A stretch of DNA of 64,000 nucleotides, from positions 19,344,001-19,408,000 of the forward strand of contig OZ059896.1 of the NCBI GenBank assembly GCA_964057225.1. Direction: 5' to 3'. Position 1 is the stretch's first letter, and each line of letters starts with the position of its first letter. The translations under genes and the position numbers were made by a program. Source of the DNA: Auanema rhodensis (lineage: Eukaryota; Animalia; Nematoda). A model generated the notes under the pieces. It searched no databases and had not been told where the DNA came from. It saw only the letters and a list, made by a program, of their open reading frames with translations. Positions 40,717 to 56,000 of this stretch are shown here, in pieces.

Positions 40717-43700
40717 ACGCTTAATACAAAAATTAGTTATGATCGTTTGAAAAATGATGCATTAGTGTATGTTGAGTTTCCATGTACACTCAACATTGCT
40801 TCCAAAAACATTTTGACAAAAATTTTTTCGAAAAATTTCAAAATAATTTAGCAAAAAGTAGATGTTTTTAGATTCCTTTTTTCAAGGCAAAGACGATGGA
40901 CAATGTTATTCAACGAAAAAATTAATTCTTCAGGGTGAAAATCGAGGATATAAGTGTGAACTTATATCAGTTGATATCTCGGTGCATTTTTAAGCTAGCG
41001 CAAATCTGATAACACAGATCGACGCAGCTTAAAATACCGCATCGAATGCACTATAGTACATGGAGAAACGCTTAATACAAAAATTAGTTATGATCGTTTG
41101 AAAAATGATGCATTAGTGTATGTTGAGTTTCCATGTACACTCAACATTGCTTCCAAAAACATTTTGACAAAAATTTTTTCGAAAAATTTCAAAATAATTT
41201 AGCAAAGAGTAGATGTTTTTAGATTCCTTTTTTCAAGGCAAAGACGATGGACAATGTTATTCAACGAAAAAATTAATTCTTCAGGGTGAAAATCGAGGAT
41301 ATAAGTGTGAACTTATATCAGTTGATATCTCGGTGCATTTTTAAGCTAGCGCAAATCTGATAACACAGATCGACGCAGCTTAAAAATCCGCATCGAATGC
41401 ACTATACTACATTGAGAAACGCTTAATACAAGAATTAGTTATGATCGTTTGAAAAATGATGCATTAGTGTATGTTGAGTTTCCATGTACACTCAACATTG
41501 CTTCCAAAAACATTTTGACAAAAATTTTTTCGAAAAATTTCAAAATAATTTAGCAAAAAGTAGATGTTTTTAGATTCCTTTTTTCAAGGCAAAGACGATG
41601 GACAATGTTATTCAACGAAAAAATTAATTCTTTAGGGTGAAAATCGAGGATATAAGTGTGAACTTATATCAGTTGATATCTCGGTGCATTTTTAAGCTAG
41701 CGCAAATCTGATAACACAGATCGACGCAGCTTAAAAATACGCATCGAATGCACTATACTACATTAAGAAACGCTTAATACAAAAATTAGTTATGATCGTT
41801 TGAAAAATGATGCATTAGTGTATGTTGAGTTTCCATGTACACTCAACATTGCTTCCAAAAACATTTTGACAAAAATTTTTTCGAAAAATTTCAAAAAAAT
41901 TTAGCAAAAAGTAGATGTTTTTAGATTCCTTTTTTCAAGGCAAAGACGATGGACAATGTTATTCAACGAAAAAATTAATTCTTCAGGGTGAAAATCGAGG
42001 ATATAAGTGTGAACTTATATCAGTTGATATCTCGGTGCATTTTTAAGCTAGCGCAAATCTGATAACACAGATCGACGCAGCTTAAAAATCCGCATCGAAT
42101 GCACTATACTACATTGAGAAACGCTTAATACAAAAATTAGTTATGATCGTTTGAAAAATGATGCATTAGTGTATGTTGAGTTTCCATATACACTCAACAT
42201 TGCTTCCAAAAACATTTTGACAAAAATTTTTTCGAAAAATTTCAAAATAATTTAGCAAAAAGTAGATGTTTTTAGATTCCTTTTTTCAAGGCAAAGACGA
42301 TGGACAATGTTATTCAACGAAAAAATTAATTCTTCAGGGTGAAAATCGAGGATATAAGTGTGAACTTATATCAGTTGATATCTCGGTGCATTTTTAAGCT
42401 AGCGCAAATCTGATAACACAGATCGACGCAGCTTAAAATACCGCATCGAATGCACTATAGTACATGGAGAAACGCTTAATACAAAAATTAGTTATGATCG
42501 TTTGAAAAATGATGCATTAGTGTATGTTGAGTTTCCATGTACACTCAACATTGCTTCCAAAAACATTTTGACAAAAATTTTTTCGAAAAATTTCAAAATA
42601 ATTTAGCAAAGAGTAGATGTTTTTAGATTCCTTTTTTCAAGGCAAAGACGATGGACAATGTTATTCAACGAAAAAATTAATTCTTCAGGGTGAAAATCGA
42701 GGATATAAGTGTGAACTTATATCAGTTGATATCTCGGTGCATTTTTAAGCTAGCGCAAATCTGATAACACAGATCGACGCAGCTTAAAAATCCGCATCGA
42801 ATGCACTATACTACATTGAGAAACGCTTAATACAAAAATTAGTTATGATCGTTTGAAAAATGATGCATTAGTGTATGTTGAGTTTCCATATACACTCAAC
42901 ATTGCTTCCAAAAACATTTTGACAAAAATTTTTTCGAAAAATTTCAAAATAATTTAGCAAAAAGTAGATGTTTTTAGATTCCTTTTTTCAAGGCAAAGAC
43001 GATGGACAATGTTATTCAACGAAAAAATTAATTCTTCAGGGTGAAAATCGAGGATATAAGTGTGAACTTATATCAGTTGATATCTCGGTGCATTTTTAAG
43101 CTAGCGCAAATCTGATAACACAGATCGACGCAGCTTAAAAATCCGCATCGAATGCACTATACTACATTGAGAAACGCTTAATACAAAAATTAGTTATGAT
43201 CGTTTGAAAAATGATGCATTAGTGTATGTTGAGTTTCCATATACACTCAACATTGCTTCCAAAAACATTTTGACAAAAATTTTTTCGAAAAATTTCAAAA
43301 TAATTTAGCAAAAAGTAGATGTTTTTAGATTCCTTTTTTCAAGGCAAAGACGATGGACAATGTTATTCAACGAAAAAATTAATTCTTCAGGGTGAAAATC
43401 GAGGATATAAGTGTGAACTTATATCAGTTGATATCTCGGTGCATTTTTAAGCTAGCGCAAATCTGATAACACAGATCGACGCAGCTTAAAATACCGCATC
43501 GAATGCACTATAGTACATGGAGAAACGCTTAATACAAAAATTAGTTATGATCGTTTGAAAAATGATGCATTAGTGTATGTTGAGTTTCCATGTACACTCA
43601 ACATTGCTTCCAAAAACATTTTGACAAAAATTTTTTCGAAAAATTTCAAAATAATTTAGCAAAGAGTAGATGTTTTTAGATTCCTTTTTTCAAGGCAAAG

Positions 43701-46700
43701 ACGATGGACAATGTTATTCAACGAAAAAATTAATTCTTCAGGGTGAAAATCGAGGATATAAGTGTGAACTTATATCAGTTGATATCTCGGTGCATTTTTA
43801 AGCTAGCGCAAATCTGATAACACAGATCGACGCAGCTTAAAAATCCGCATCGAATGCACTATACTACATTGAGAAACGCTTAATACAAGAATTAGTTATG
43901 ATCGTTTGAAAAATGATGCATTAGTGTATGTTGAGTTTCCATGTACACTCAACATTGCTTCCAAAAACATTTTGACAAAAATTTTTTCGAAAAATTTCAA
44001 AATAATTTAGCAAAGAGTAGATGTTTTTAGATTCCTTTTTTCAAGGCAAAGACGATGGACAATGTTATTCAACGAAAAAATTAATTCTTCAGGGTGAAAA
44101 TCGAGGATATAAGTGTGAACTTATATCAGTTGATATCTCGGTGCATTTTTAAGCTAGCGCAAATCTGATAACACAGATCGACGCAGCTTAAAAATCCGCA
44201 TCGAATGCACTATATTACATTGAGAAACGCTTAATACAAAAATTAGTTATGATCGTTTGAAAAATGATGCATTAGTGTATGTTGAGTTTCCATATACACT
44301 CAACATTGCTTCCAAAAACATTTTGACAAAAATTTTTTCGAAAAATTTCAAAATAATTTAGCAAAAAGTAGATGTTTTTAGATTCCTTTTTTCAAGGCAA
44401 AGACGATGGACAATGTTATTCAACGAAAAAATTAATTCTTCAGGGTGAAAATCGAGGATATAAGTGTGAACTTATATCAGTTGATATCTCGGTGCATTTT
44501 TAAGCTAGCGCAAATCTGATAACACAGATCGACGCAGCTTAAAATACCGCATCGAATGCACTATAGTACATGGAGAAACGCTTAATACAAAAATTAGTTA
44601 TGATCGTTTGAAAAATGATGCATTAGTGTATGTTGAGTTTCCATGTACACTCAACATTGCTTCCAAAAACATTTTGACAAAAATTTTTTCGAAAAATTTC
44701 AAGATAATTTAGCAAAGAGTAGATGTTTTTAGATTCCTTTTTTCAAGGCAAAGACGATGGACAATGTTATTCAACGAAAAAATTAATTCTTCAGGGTGAA
44801 AATCGAGGATATAAGTGTGAACTTATATCAGTTGATATCTCGGTGCATTTTTAAGCTAGCGCAAATCTGATAACACAGATCGACGCAGCTTAAAAATCCG
44901 CATCGAATGCACTATACTACATTGAAAAACGCTTAATACAAGAATTAGTTATGATCGTTTGAAAAATGATGCATTAGTGTATGTTGAGTTTCCATGTACA
45001 CTCAACATTGCTTCCAAAAACATTTTGACAAAAATTTTTTCGAAAAATTTCAAAATAATTTAGCAAAAAGTAGATGTTTTTAGATTCCTTTTTTCAAGGC
45101 AAAGACGATGGACAATGTTATTCAACGAAAAAATTAATTCTTTAGGGTGAAAATCGAGGATATAAGTGTGAACTTATATCAGTTGATATCTCGGTGCATT
45201 TTTAAGCTAGCGCAAATCTGATAACACAGATCGACGCAGCTTAAAAATCCGCATCGAATGCACTATACTACATTAAGAAACGCTTAATACAAAAATTAGT
45301 TATGATCGTTTGAAAAATGATGCATTAGTGTATGTTGAGTTTCCATGTACACTCAACATTGCTTCCAAAAACATTTTGACAAAAATTTTTTCGAAAAATT
45401 TCAAAATAATTTAGCAAAAAGTAGATGTTTTTAGATTCCTTTTTTCAAGGCAAAGACGATGGACAATGTTATTCAACGAAAAAATTAATTCTTCAGGGTG
45501 AAAATCGAGGATATAAGTGTGAACTTATATCAGTTGATATCTCGGTGCATTTTTAAGCTAGCGCAAATCTGATAACACAGATCGACGCAGCTTAAAAATC
45601 CGCATCGAATGCACTATACTACATTGAGAAACGCTTAATACAAAAATTAGTTATGATCGTTTGAAAAATGATGCATTAGTGTATGTTGAGTTTCCATATA
45701 CACTCAACATTGCTTCCAAAAACATTTTGACAAAAATTTTTTCGAAAAATTTCAAGATAATTTAGCAAAAAGTAGATGTTTTTAGATTCCTTTTTTCAAG
45801 GCAAAGACGATGGACAATGTTATTCAACGAAAAAATTAATTCTTCAGGGTGAAAATCGAGGATATAAGTGTGAACTTATATCAGTTGATATCTCGGTGCA
45901 TTTTTAAGCTAGCGCAAATCTGATAACACAGATCGACGCAGCTTAAAATACCGCATCGAATGCACTATAGTACATGGAGAAACGCTTAATACAAAAATTA
46001 GTTATGATCGTTTGAAAAATGATGCATTAGTGTATGTTGAGTTTCCATGTACACTCAACATTGCTTCCAAAAACATTTTGACAAAAATTTTTTCGAAAAA
46101 TTTCAAAATAATTTAGCAAAGAGTAGATGTTTTTAGATTCCTTTTTTCAAGGCAAAGACGATGGACAATGTTATTCAACGAAAAAATTAATTCTTCAGGG
46201 TGAAAATCGAGGATATAAGTGTGAACTTATATCAGTTGATATCTCGGTGCATTTTTAAGCTAGCGCAAATCTGATAACACAGATCGACGCAGCTTAAAAA
46301 TCCGCATCGAATGCACTATACTACATTGAGAAACGCTTAATACAAAAATTAGTTATGATCGTTTGAAAAATGATGCATTAGTGTATGTTGAGTTTCCATA
46401 TACACTCAACATTGCTTCCAAAAACATTTTGACAAAAATTTTTTCGAAAAATTTCAAAATAATTTAGCAAAAAGTAGATGTTTTTAGATTCCTTTTTTCA
46501 AGGCAAAGACGATGGACAATGTTATTCAACGAAAAAATTAATTCTTCAGGGTGAAAATCGAGGATATAAGTGTGAACTTATATCAGTTGATATCTCGGTG
46601 CATTTTTAAGCTAGCGCAAATCTGATAACACAGATCGACGCAGCTTAAAATACCGCATCGAATGCACTATAGTACATGGAGAAACGCTTAATACAAAAAT

Positions 46701-49700
46701 TAGTTATGATCGTTTGAAAAATGATGCATTAGTGTATGTTGAGTTTCCATGTACACTCAACATTGCTTCCAAAAACATTTTGACAAAAATTTTTTCGAAA
46801 AATTTCAAAATAATTTAGCAAAGAGTAGATGTTTTTAGATTCCTTTTTTCAAGGCAAAGACGATGGACAATGTTATTCAACGAAAAAATTAATTCTTCAG
46901 GGTGAAAATCGAGGATATAAGTGTGAACTTATATCAGTTGATATCTCGGTGCATTTTTAAGCTAGCGCAAATCTGATAACACAGATCGACGCAGCTTAAA
47001 AATCCGCATCGAATGCACTATACTACATTGAGAAACGCTTAATACAAGAATTAGTTATGATCGTTTGAAAAATGATGCATTAGTGTATGTTGAGTTTCCA
47101 TGTACACTCAACATTGCTTCCAAAAACATTTTGACAAAAATTTTTTCGAAAAATTTCAAAATAATTTAGCAAAAAGTAGATGTTTTTAGATTCCTTTTTT
47201 CAAGGCAAAGACGATGGACAATGTTATTCAACGAAAAAATTAATTCTTTAGGGTGAAAATCGAGGATATAAGTGTGAACTTATATCAGTTGATATCTCGG
47301 TGCATTTTTAAGCTAGCGCAAATCTGATAACACAGATCGACGCAGCTTAAAAATCCGCATCGAATGCACTATACTACATTAAGAAACGCTTAATACAAAA
47401 ATTAGTTATGATCGTTTGAAAAATGATGCATTAGTGTATGTTGAGTTTCCATGTACACTCAACATTGCTTCCAAAAACATTTTGACAAAAATTTTTTCGA
47501 AAAATTTCAAAATAATTTAGCAAAAAGTAGATGTTTTTAGATTCCTTTTTTCAAGGCAAAGACGATGGACAATGTTATTCAACGAAAAAATTAATTCTTC
47601 AGGGTGAAAATCGAGGATATAAGTGTGAACTTATATCAGTTGATATCTCGGTGCATTTTTAAGCTAGCGCAAATCTGATAACACAGATCGACGCAGCTTA
47701 AAAATCCGCATCGAATGCACTATACTACATTGAGAAACGCTTAATACAAAAATTAGTTATGATCGTTTGAAAAATGATGCATTAGTGTATGTTGAGTTTC
47801 CATATACACTCAACATTGCTTCCAAAAACATTTTGACAAAAATTTTTTCGAAAAATTTCAAAATAATTTAGCAAAAAGTAGATGTTTTTAGATTCCTTTT
47901 TTCAAGGCAAAGACGATGGACAATGTTATTCAACGAAAAAATTAATTCTTCAGGGTGAAAATCGAGGATATAAGTGTGAACTTATATCAGTTGATATCTC
48001 GGTGCATTTTTAAGCTAGCGCAAATCTGATAACACAGATCGACGCAGCTTAAAATACCGCATCGAATGCACTATAGTACATGGAGAAACGCTTAATACAA
48101 AAATTAGTTATGATCGTTTGAAAAATGATGCATTAGTGTATGTTGAGTTTCCATGTACACTCAACATTGCTTCCAAAAACATTTTGACAAAAATTTTTTC
48201 GAAAAATTTCAAAATAATTTAGCAAAGAGTAGATGTTTTTAGATTCCTTTTTTCAAGGCAAAGACGATGGACAATGTTATTCAACGAAAAAATTAATTCT
48301 TCAGGGTGAAAATCGAGGATATAAGTGTGAACTTATATCAGTTGATATCTCGGTGCATTTTTAAGCTAGCGCAAATCTGATAACACAGATCGACGCAGCT
48401 TAAAAATCCGCATCGAATGCACTATACTACATTGAGAAACGCTTAATACAAGAATTAGTTATGATCGTTTGAAAAATGATGCATTAGTGTATGTTGAGTT
48501 TCCATGTACACTCAACATTGCTTCCAAAAACATTTTGACAAAAATTTTTTCGAAAAATTTCAAAATAATTTAGCAAAAAGTAGATGTTTTTAGATTCCTT
48601 TTTTCAAGGCAAAGACGATACACAATGTTATTCAACGAAAAAATTAATTCTTTAGGGTGAAAATCGAGGATATAAGTGTGAACTTATATCAGTTGATATC
48701 TCGGTGCATTTTTAAGCTAGCGCAAATCTGATAACACAGATCGACGCAGCTTAAAAATCCGCATCGAATGCACTATACTACATTAAGAAACGCTTAATAC
48801 AAAAATTAGTTATGATCGTTTGAAAAATGATGCATTAGTGTATGTTGAGTTTCCATGTACACTCAACATTGCTTCCAAAAACATTTTGACAAAAATTTTT
48901 TCGAAAAATTTCAAAATAATTTAGCAAAAAGTAGATGTTTTTAGATTCCTTTTTTCAAGGCAAAGACGATGGACAATGTTATTCAACGAAAAAATTAATT
49001 CTTCAGGGTGAAAATCGAGGATATAAGTGTGAACTTATATCAGTTGATATCTCGGTGCATTTTTAAGCTAGCGCAAATCTGATAACACAGATCGACGCAG
49101 CTTAAAAATCCGCATCGAATGCACTATACTACATTGAGAAACGCTTAATACAAGAATTAGTTATGATCGTTTGAAAAATGATGCATTAGTGTATGTTGAG
49201 TTTCCATGTACACTCAACATTGCTTCCAAAAACATTTTGACAAAAATTTTTTCGAAAAATTTCAAAATAATTTAGCAAAAAGTAGATGTTTTTGGATTCC
49301 TTTTTTCAAGGCAAAGACGATGGACAATGTTATTCAACGAAAAAATTAATTCTTCAGGGTGAAAATCGAGGATATAAGTGTGAACTTATATCAGTTGATA
49401 TCTCGGTGCATTTTTAAGCTAGCGCAAATCTGATAACACAGATCGACGCAGCTTAAAATACCGCATCGAATGCACTATTCTACATGGAGAAACGCTTAAT
49501 ACAAAAATTAGTTATGATCGTTTGAAAAATGATGCATTAGTGTATGTTGAGTTTCCATGTACACTCAACATTGCTTCCAAAAACATTTTGACAAAAATTT
49601 TTTCGAAAAATTTCAAAATAATTTAGCAAAAAGTAGATGTTTTTAGATTCCTTTTTTCAAGGCAAAGACGATGGACAATGTTATTCAACGAAAAAATTAA

Positions 49701-52700
49701 TTCTTCAGGGTGAAAATCGAGGATATAAGTGTGAACTTATATCAGTTGATATCTCGGTGCATTTTTAAGCTAGCGCAAATCTGATAACACAGATCGACGC
49801 AGCTTAAAAATCCGCATCGAATGCACTATACTACATTGAGAAACGCTTAATACAAGAATTAGTTATGATCGTTTGAAAAATGATGCATTAGTGTATGTTG
49901 AGTTTCCATGTACACTCAACATTGCTTCCAAAAACATTTTGACAAAAATTTTTTCGAAAAATTTCAAAATAATTTAGCAAAAAGTAGATGTTTTTGGATT
50001 CCTTTTTTCAAGGCAAAGACGATGGACAATGTTATTCAACGAAAAAATTAATTCTTCAGGGTGAAAATCGAGGATATAAGTGTGAACTTATATCAGTTGA
50101 TATATCGGTGCATTTTTAAGCTAGCGCAAATCTGATAACACAGATCGACGCAGCTTAAAATACCGCATCGAATGCACTATACTACATGGAGAAACGCTTA
50201 ATACAAAAATTAGTTATGATCGTTTGAAAAATGATGCATTAGTGTATGTTGAGTTTCCATGTACACTCAACATTGCTTCCAAAAACATTTTGACAAAAAT
50301 TTTTTCGAAAAATTTCAAAATAATTTAGCAAAAAGTAGATGTTTTTAGATTCCTTTTTTCAAGGCAAAGACGATGGACAATGTTATTCAACGAAAAAATT
50401 AATTCTTCAGGGTGAAAATCGAGGATATAAGTGTGAACTTATATCAGTTGATATCTCGGTGCATTTTTAAGCTAGCGCAAATCTGATAACACAGATCGAC
50501 GCAGCTTAAAAATCCGCATCGAATGCACTATACTACATTAAGAAACGCTTAATACAAAAATTAGTTATGATCGTTTGAAAAATGATGCATTAGTGTATGT
50601 TGAGTTTCCATGTACACTCAACATTGCTTCCAAAAACATTTTGACAAAAATTTTTTCGAAAAATTTCAAAATAATTTAGCAAAAAGTAGATGTTTTTGGA
50701 TTCCTTTTTTCAAGGCAAAGACGATGGACAATGTTATTCAACGAAAAAATTAATTCTTCAGGGTGAAAATCGAGGATATAAGTGTGAACTTATATCAGTT
50801 GATATCTCGGTGCATTTTTAAGCTAGCGCAAATCTGATAACACAGATCGACGCAGCTTAAAAATCCGCATCGAATGCACTATACTACATTGAGAAACGCT
50901 TAATACAAGAATTAGTTATGATCGTTTGAAAAATGATGCATTAGTGTATGTTGAGTTTCCATGTACACTCAACATTGCTTCCAAAAACATTTTGACAAAA
51001 ATTTTTTCGAAAAATTTCAAAATAATTTAGCAAAAAGTAGATGTTTTTAGATTCCTTTTTTCAAGGCAAAGACGATGGACAATGTTATTCAACGAAAAAA
51101 TTAATTCTTTAGGGTGAAAATCGAGGATATAAGTGTGAACTTATATCAGTTGATATCTCGGTGCATTTTTAAGCTAGCGCAAATCTGATAACACAGATCG
51201 ACGCAGCTTAAAAATCCGCATCGAATGCACTATACTACATTAAGAAACGCTTAATACAAAAATTAGTTATGATCGTTTGAAAAATGATGCATTAGTGTAT
51301 GTTGAGTTTCCATGTACACTCAACATTGCTTCCAAAAACATTTTGACAAAAATTTTTTCGAAAAATATCAAAATAATTTAGCAAAAAGTAGATGTTTTTA
51401 GATTCCTTTTTTCAAGGCAAAGACGATGGACAATGTTATTCAACGAAAAAATTAATTCTTCAGGGTGAAAATCGAGGATATAAGTGTGAACTTATATCAG
51501 TTGATATCTCGGTGCATTTTTAAGCTAGCGCAAATCTGATAACACAGATCGACGCAGCTTAAAAATCCGCATCGAATGCACTATACTACATTGAGAAACG
51601 CTTAATACAAGAATTAGTTATGATCGTTTGAAAAATGATGCATTAGTGTATGTTGAGTTTCCATGTACACTCAACATTGCTTCCAAAAACATTTTGACAA
51701 AAATTTTTTCGAAAAATTTCAAAATAATTTAGCAAAAAGTAGATGTTTTTGGATTCCTTTTTTCAAGGCAAAGACGATGGACAATGTTATTCAACGAAAA
51801 AATTAATTCTTCAGGGTGAAAATCGAGGATATAAGTGTGAACTTATATCAGTTGATATCTCGGTGCATTTTTAAGCTAGCGCAAATCTGATAACACAGAT
51901 CGACGCAGCTTAAAATACCGCATCGAATGCACTATTCTACATGGAGAAACGCTTAATACAAAAATTAGTTATGATCGTTTGAAAAATGATGCATTAGTGT
52001 ATGTTGAGTTTCCATGTACACTCAACATTGCTTCCAAAAACATTTTGACAAAAATTTTTTCGAAAAATTTCAAAATAATTTAGCAAAAAGTAGATGTTTT
52101 TAGATTCCTTCTTTCAAGGCAAAGACGATGGACAATGTTATTCAACGAAAAAATTAATTCTTCAGGGTGAAAATCGAGGATATAAGTGTGAACTTATATC
52201 AGTTGATATCTCGGTGCATTTTTAAGCTAGCGCAAATCTGATAACACAGATCGACGCAGCTTAAAAATCCGCATCGAATGCACTATACTACATTGAGAAA
52301 CGCTTAATACAAGAATTAGTTATGATCGTTTGAAAAATGATGCATTAGTGTATGTTGAGTTTCCATGTACACTCAACATTGCTTCCAAAAACATTTTGAC
52401 AAAAATTTTTTCGAAAAATTTCAAAATAATTTAGCAAAAAGTAGATGTTTTTAGATTCCTTCTTTCAAGGCAAAGACGATGGACAATGTTATTCAACGAA
52501 AAAATTAATTCTTCAGGGTGAAAATCGAGGATATAAGTGTGAACTTATATCAGTTGATATCTCGGTGCATTTTTAAGCTAGCGCAAATCTGATAACACAG
52601 ATCGACGCAGCTTAAAAATCCGCATCGAATGCACTATACTACATTAAGAAACGCTTAATACAAAAATTAGTTATGATCGTTTGAAAAATGATGCATTAGT

Positions 52701-53001
52701 GTATGTTGAGTTTCCATGTACACTCAACATTGCTTCCAAAAACATTTTGACAAAAATTTTTTCGAAAAATTTCAAAATAATTTAGCAAAAAGTAGATGTT
52801 TTTGGATTCCTTTTTTCAAGGCAAAGACGATGGACAATGTTATTCAACGAAAAAATTAATTCTTCAGGGTGAAAATCGAGGATATAAGTGTGAACTTATA
52901 TCAGTTGATATCTCGGTGCATTTTTAAGCTAGCGCAAATCTGATAACACAGATCGACGCAGCTTAAAAATCCGCATCGAATGCACTATACTACATTGAGA
53001 A

Positions 53002-56000
53002 ACGCTTAATACAAGAATTAGTTATGATCGTTTGAAAAATGATGCATTAGTGTATGTTGAGTTTCCATGTACACTCAACATTGCTTCCAAAAACATTTTG
53101 ACAAAAATTTTTTCGAAAAATTTCAAAATAATTTAGCAAAAAGTAGATGTTTTTAGATTCCTTTTTTCAAGGCAAAGACGATGGACAATGTTATTCAACG
53201 AAAAAATTAATTCTTTAGGGTGAAAATCGAGGATATAAGTGTGAACTTATATCAGTTGATATCTCGGTGCATTTTTAAGCTAGCGCAAATCTGATAACAC
53301 AGATCGACGCAGCTTAAAAATCCGCATCGAATGCACTATACTACATTAAGAAACGCTGAATACAAAAATTAGTTATGATCGTTTGAAAAATGATGCATTA
53401 GTGTATGTTGAGTTTCCATGTACACTCAACATTGCTTCCAAAAACATTTTGACAAAAATTTTTTCGAAAAATTTCAAAATAATTTAGCAAAAAGTAGATG
53501 TTTTTAGATTCCTTTTTTCAAGGCAAAGACGATGGACAATGTTATTCAACAAAAAAATTAATTCTTCAGGGTGAAAATCGAGGATATAAGTGTAAACTTA
53601 TATCAGTTGATATCTCGGTGCATTTTTAAGCTAGCGCAAATCTGATAACACAGATCGACGCAGCTTAAAAATCCGCATCGAATGCACTATACTACATTAA
53701 GAAACGCTTAATACAAAAATTAGTTATGATCGTTTGAAAAATGATGCATTAGTGTATGTTGAGTTTCCATGTACACTCAACATTGCTTCCAAAAACATTT
53801 TGACAAAAATTTTTTCGAAAAATTTCAAAATAATTTAGCAAAAAGTAGATGTTTTTGGATTCCTTTTTTCAAGGCAAAGACGATGGACAATGTTATTCAA
53901 CGAAAAAATTAATTCTTCAGGGTGAAAATCGAGGATATAAGTGTAAACTTATATCAGTTGATATCTCGGTGCATTTTTAAGCTAGCGCAAATCTGATAAC
54001 ACAGATCGACGCAGCTTAAAATACCGCATCGAATGCACTATACTACATGGAGAAACGCTTAATACAAAAATTAGTTATGATCGTTTGAAAAATGATGCAT
54101 TAGTGTATGTTGAGTTTCCATGTACACTCAACATTGCTTCCAAAAACATTTTGACAAAAATTTTTTCGAAAAATTTCAAAATAATTTAGCAAAAAGTAGA
54201 TGTTTTTAGATTTCTTTTTTCAAGGCAAAGACGATGGACAATGTTATTCAACGAAAAAATTAATTCTTCAGGGTGAAAATCGAGGATATAAGTGTAAACT
54301 TATATCAGTTGATATCTCGGTGCATTTTTAAGCTAGCGCAAATCTGATAACACAGATCGACGCAGCTTAAAATACCGCATCGAATGCACTATACTACATG
54401 GAGAAACGCTTAATACAAAAATTAGTTATGATCGTTTGAAAAATGATGCATTAGTGTATGTTGAGTTTCCATGTACACTCAACATTGCTTCCAAAAACAT
54501 TTTGACAAAAATTTTTTCGAAAAATTTCAAAATAATTTAGCAAAAAGTAGATGTTTTTAGATTCTATTTTTCAAGGCAAAGACGATGGACAATGTTATTC
54601 AACGAAAAAATTAATTCTTCAGGGTGAAAATCGAGGATATAAGTGTGAACTTATATCAGTTGATATCTCGGTGCATTTTTAAGCTAGCGCAAATCTGATA
54701 ACACAGATCGACGCAGCTTAAAAATCCGCATCGAATGCACTATACTACATTGAGAAACGCTTAATACAAGAATTAGTTATGATCGTTTGAAAAATGATGC
54801 ATTAGTGTATGTTGAGTTTCCATGTACACTCAACATTGCTTCCAAAAACATTTTGACAAAAATTTTTTCGAAAAATTTCAAAATAATTTAGCAAAAAGTA
54901 GATGTTTTTAGATTCCTTTTTTCAAGGCAAAGACGATGGACAATGTTATTCAACGAAAAAATTAATTCTTTAGGGTGAAAATCGAGGATATAAGTGTGAA
55001 CTTATATCAGTTGATATCTCGGTGCATTTTTAAGCTAGCGCAAATCTGATAACACAGATCGACGCAGCTTAAAAATCCGCATCGAATGCACTATACTACA
55101 TTAAGAAACGCTGAATACAAAAATTAGTTATGATCGTTTGAAAAATGATGCATTAGTGTATGTTGAGTTTCCATGTACACTCAACATTGCTTCCAAAAAC
55201 ATTTTGACAAAAATTTTTTCGAAAAATTTCAAAATAATTTAGCAAAAAGTAGATGTTTTTAGATTCCTTTTTTCAAGGCAAAGACGATGGACAATGTTAT
55301 TCAACAAAAAAATTAATTCTTCAGGGTGAAAATCGAGGATATAAGTGTAAACTTATATCAGTTGATATCTCGGTGCATTTTTAAGCTAGCGCAAATCTGA
55401 TAACACAGATCGACGCAGCTTAAAAATCCGCATCGAATGCACTATACTACATTAAGAAACGCTTAATACAAAAATTAGTTATGATCGTTTGAAAAATGAT
55501 GCATTAGTGTATGTTGAGTTTCCATGTACACTCAACATTGCTTCCAAAAACATTTTGACAAAAATTTTTTCGAAAAATTTCAAAATAATTTAGCAAAAAG
55601 TAGATGTTTTTGGATTCCTTTTTTCAAGGCAAAGACGATGGACAATGTTATTCAACGAAAAAATTAATTCTTCAGGGTGAAAATCGAGGATATAAGTGTA
55701 AACTTATATCAGTTGATATCTCGGTGCATTTTTAAGCTAGCGCAAATCTGATAACACAGATCGACGCAGCTTAAAATACCGCATCGAATGCACTATACTA
55801 CATGGAGAAACGCTTAATACAAAAATTAGTTATGATCGTTTGAAAAATGATGCATTAGTGTATGTTGAGTTTCCATGTACACTCAACATTGCTTCCAAAA
55901 ACATTTTGACAAAAATTTTTTCGAAAAATTTCAAAATAATTTAGCAAAAAGTAGATGTTTTTAGATTTCTTTTTTCAAGGCAAAGACGATGGACAATGTT

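Larger units (their letters stand above)
18672..40784. repeat. Copy A of a ~21-22 kb tandem segmental duplication within the array (boundaries +/- ~180 bp)
   Basis: Rare variants recur downstream at whole-monomer offsets: 19626/41739 (63 units); 28613/48620 and 31360/51367 (57 units); 36602/58013, 40138/61549 and 40374/61785 (61 units). Confidence 0.9.
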
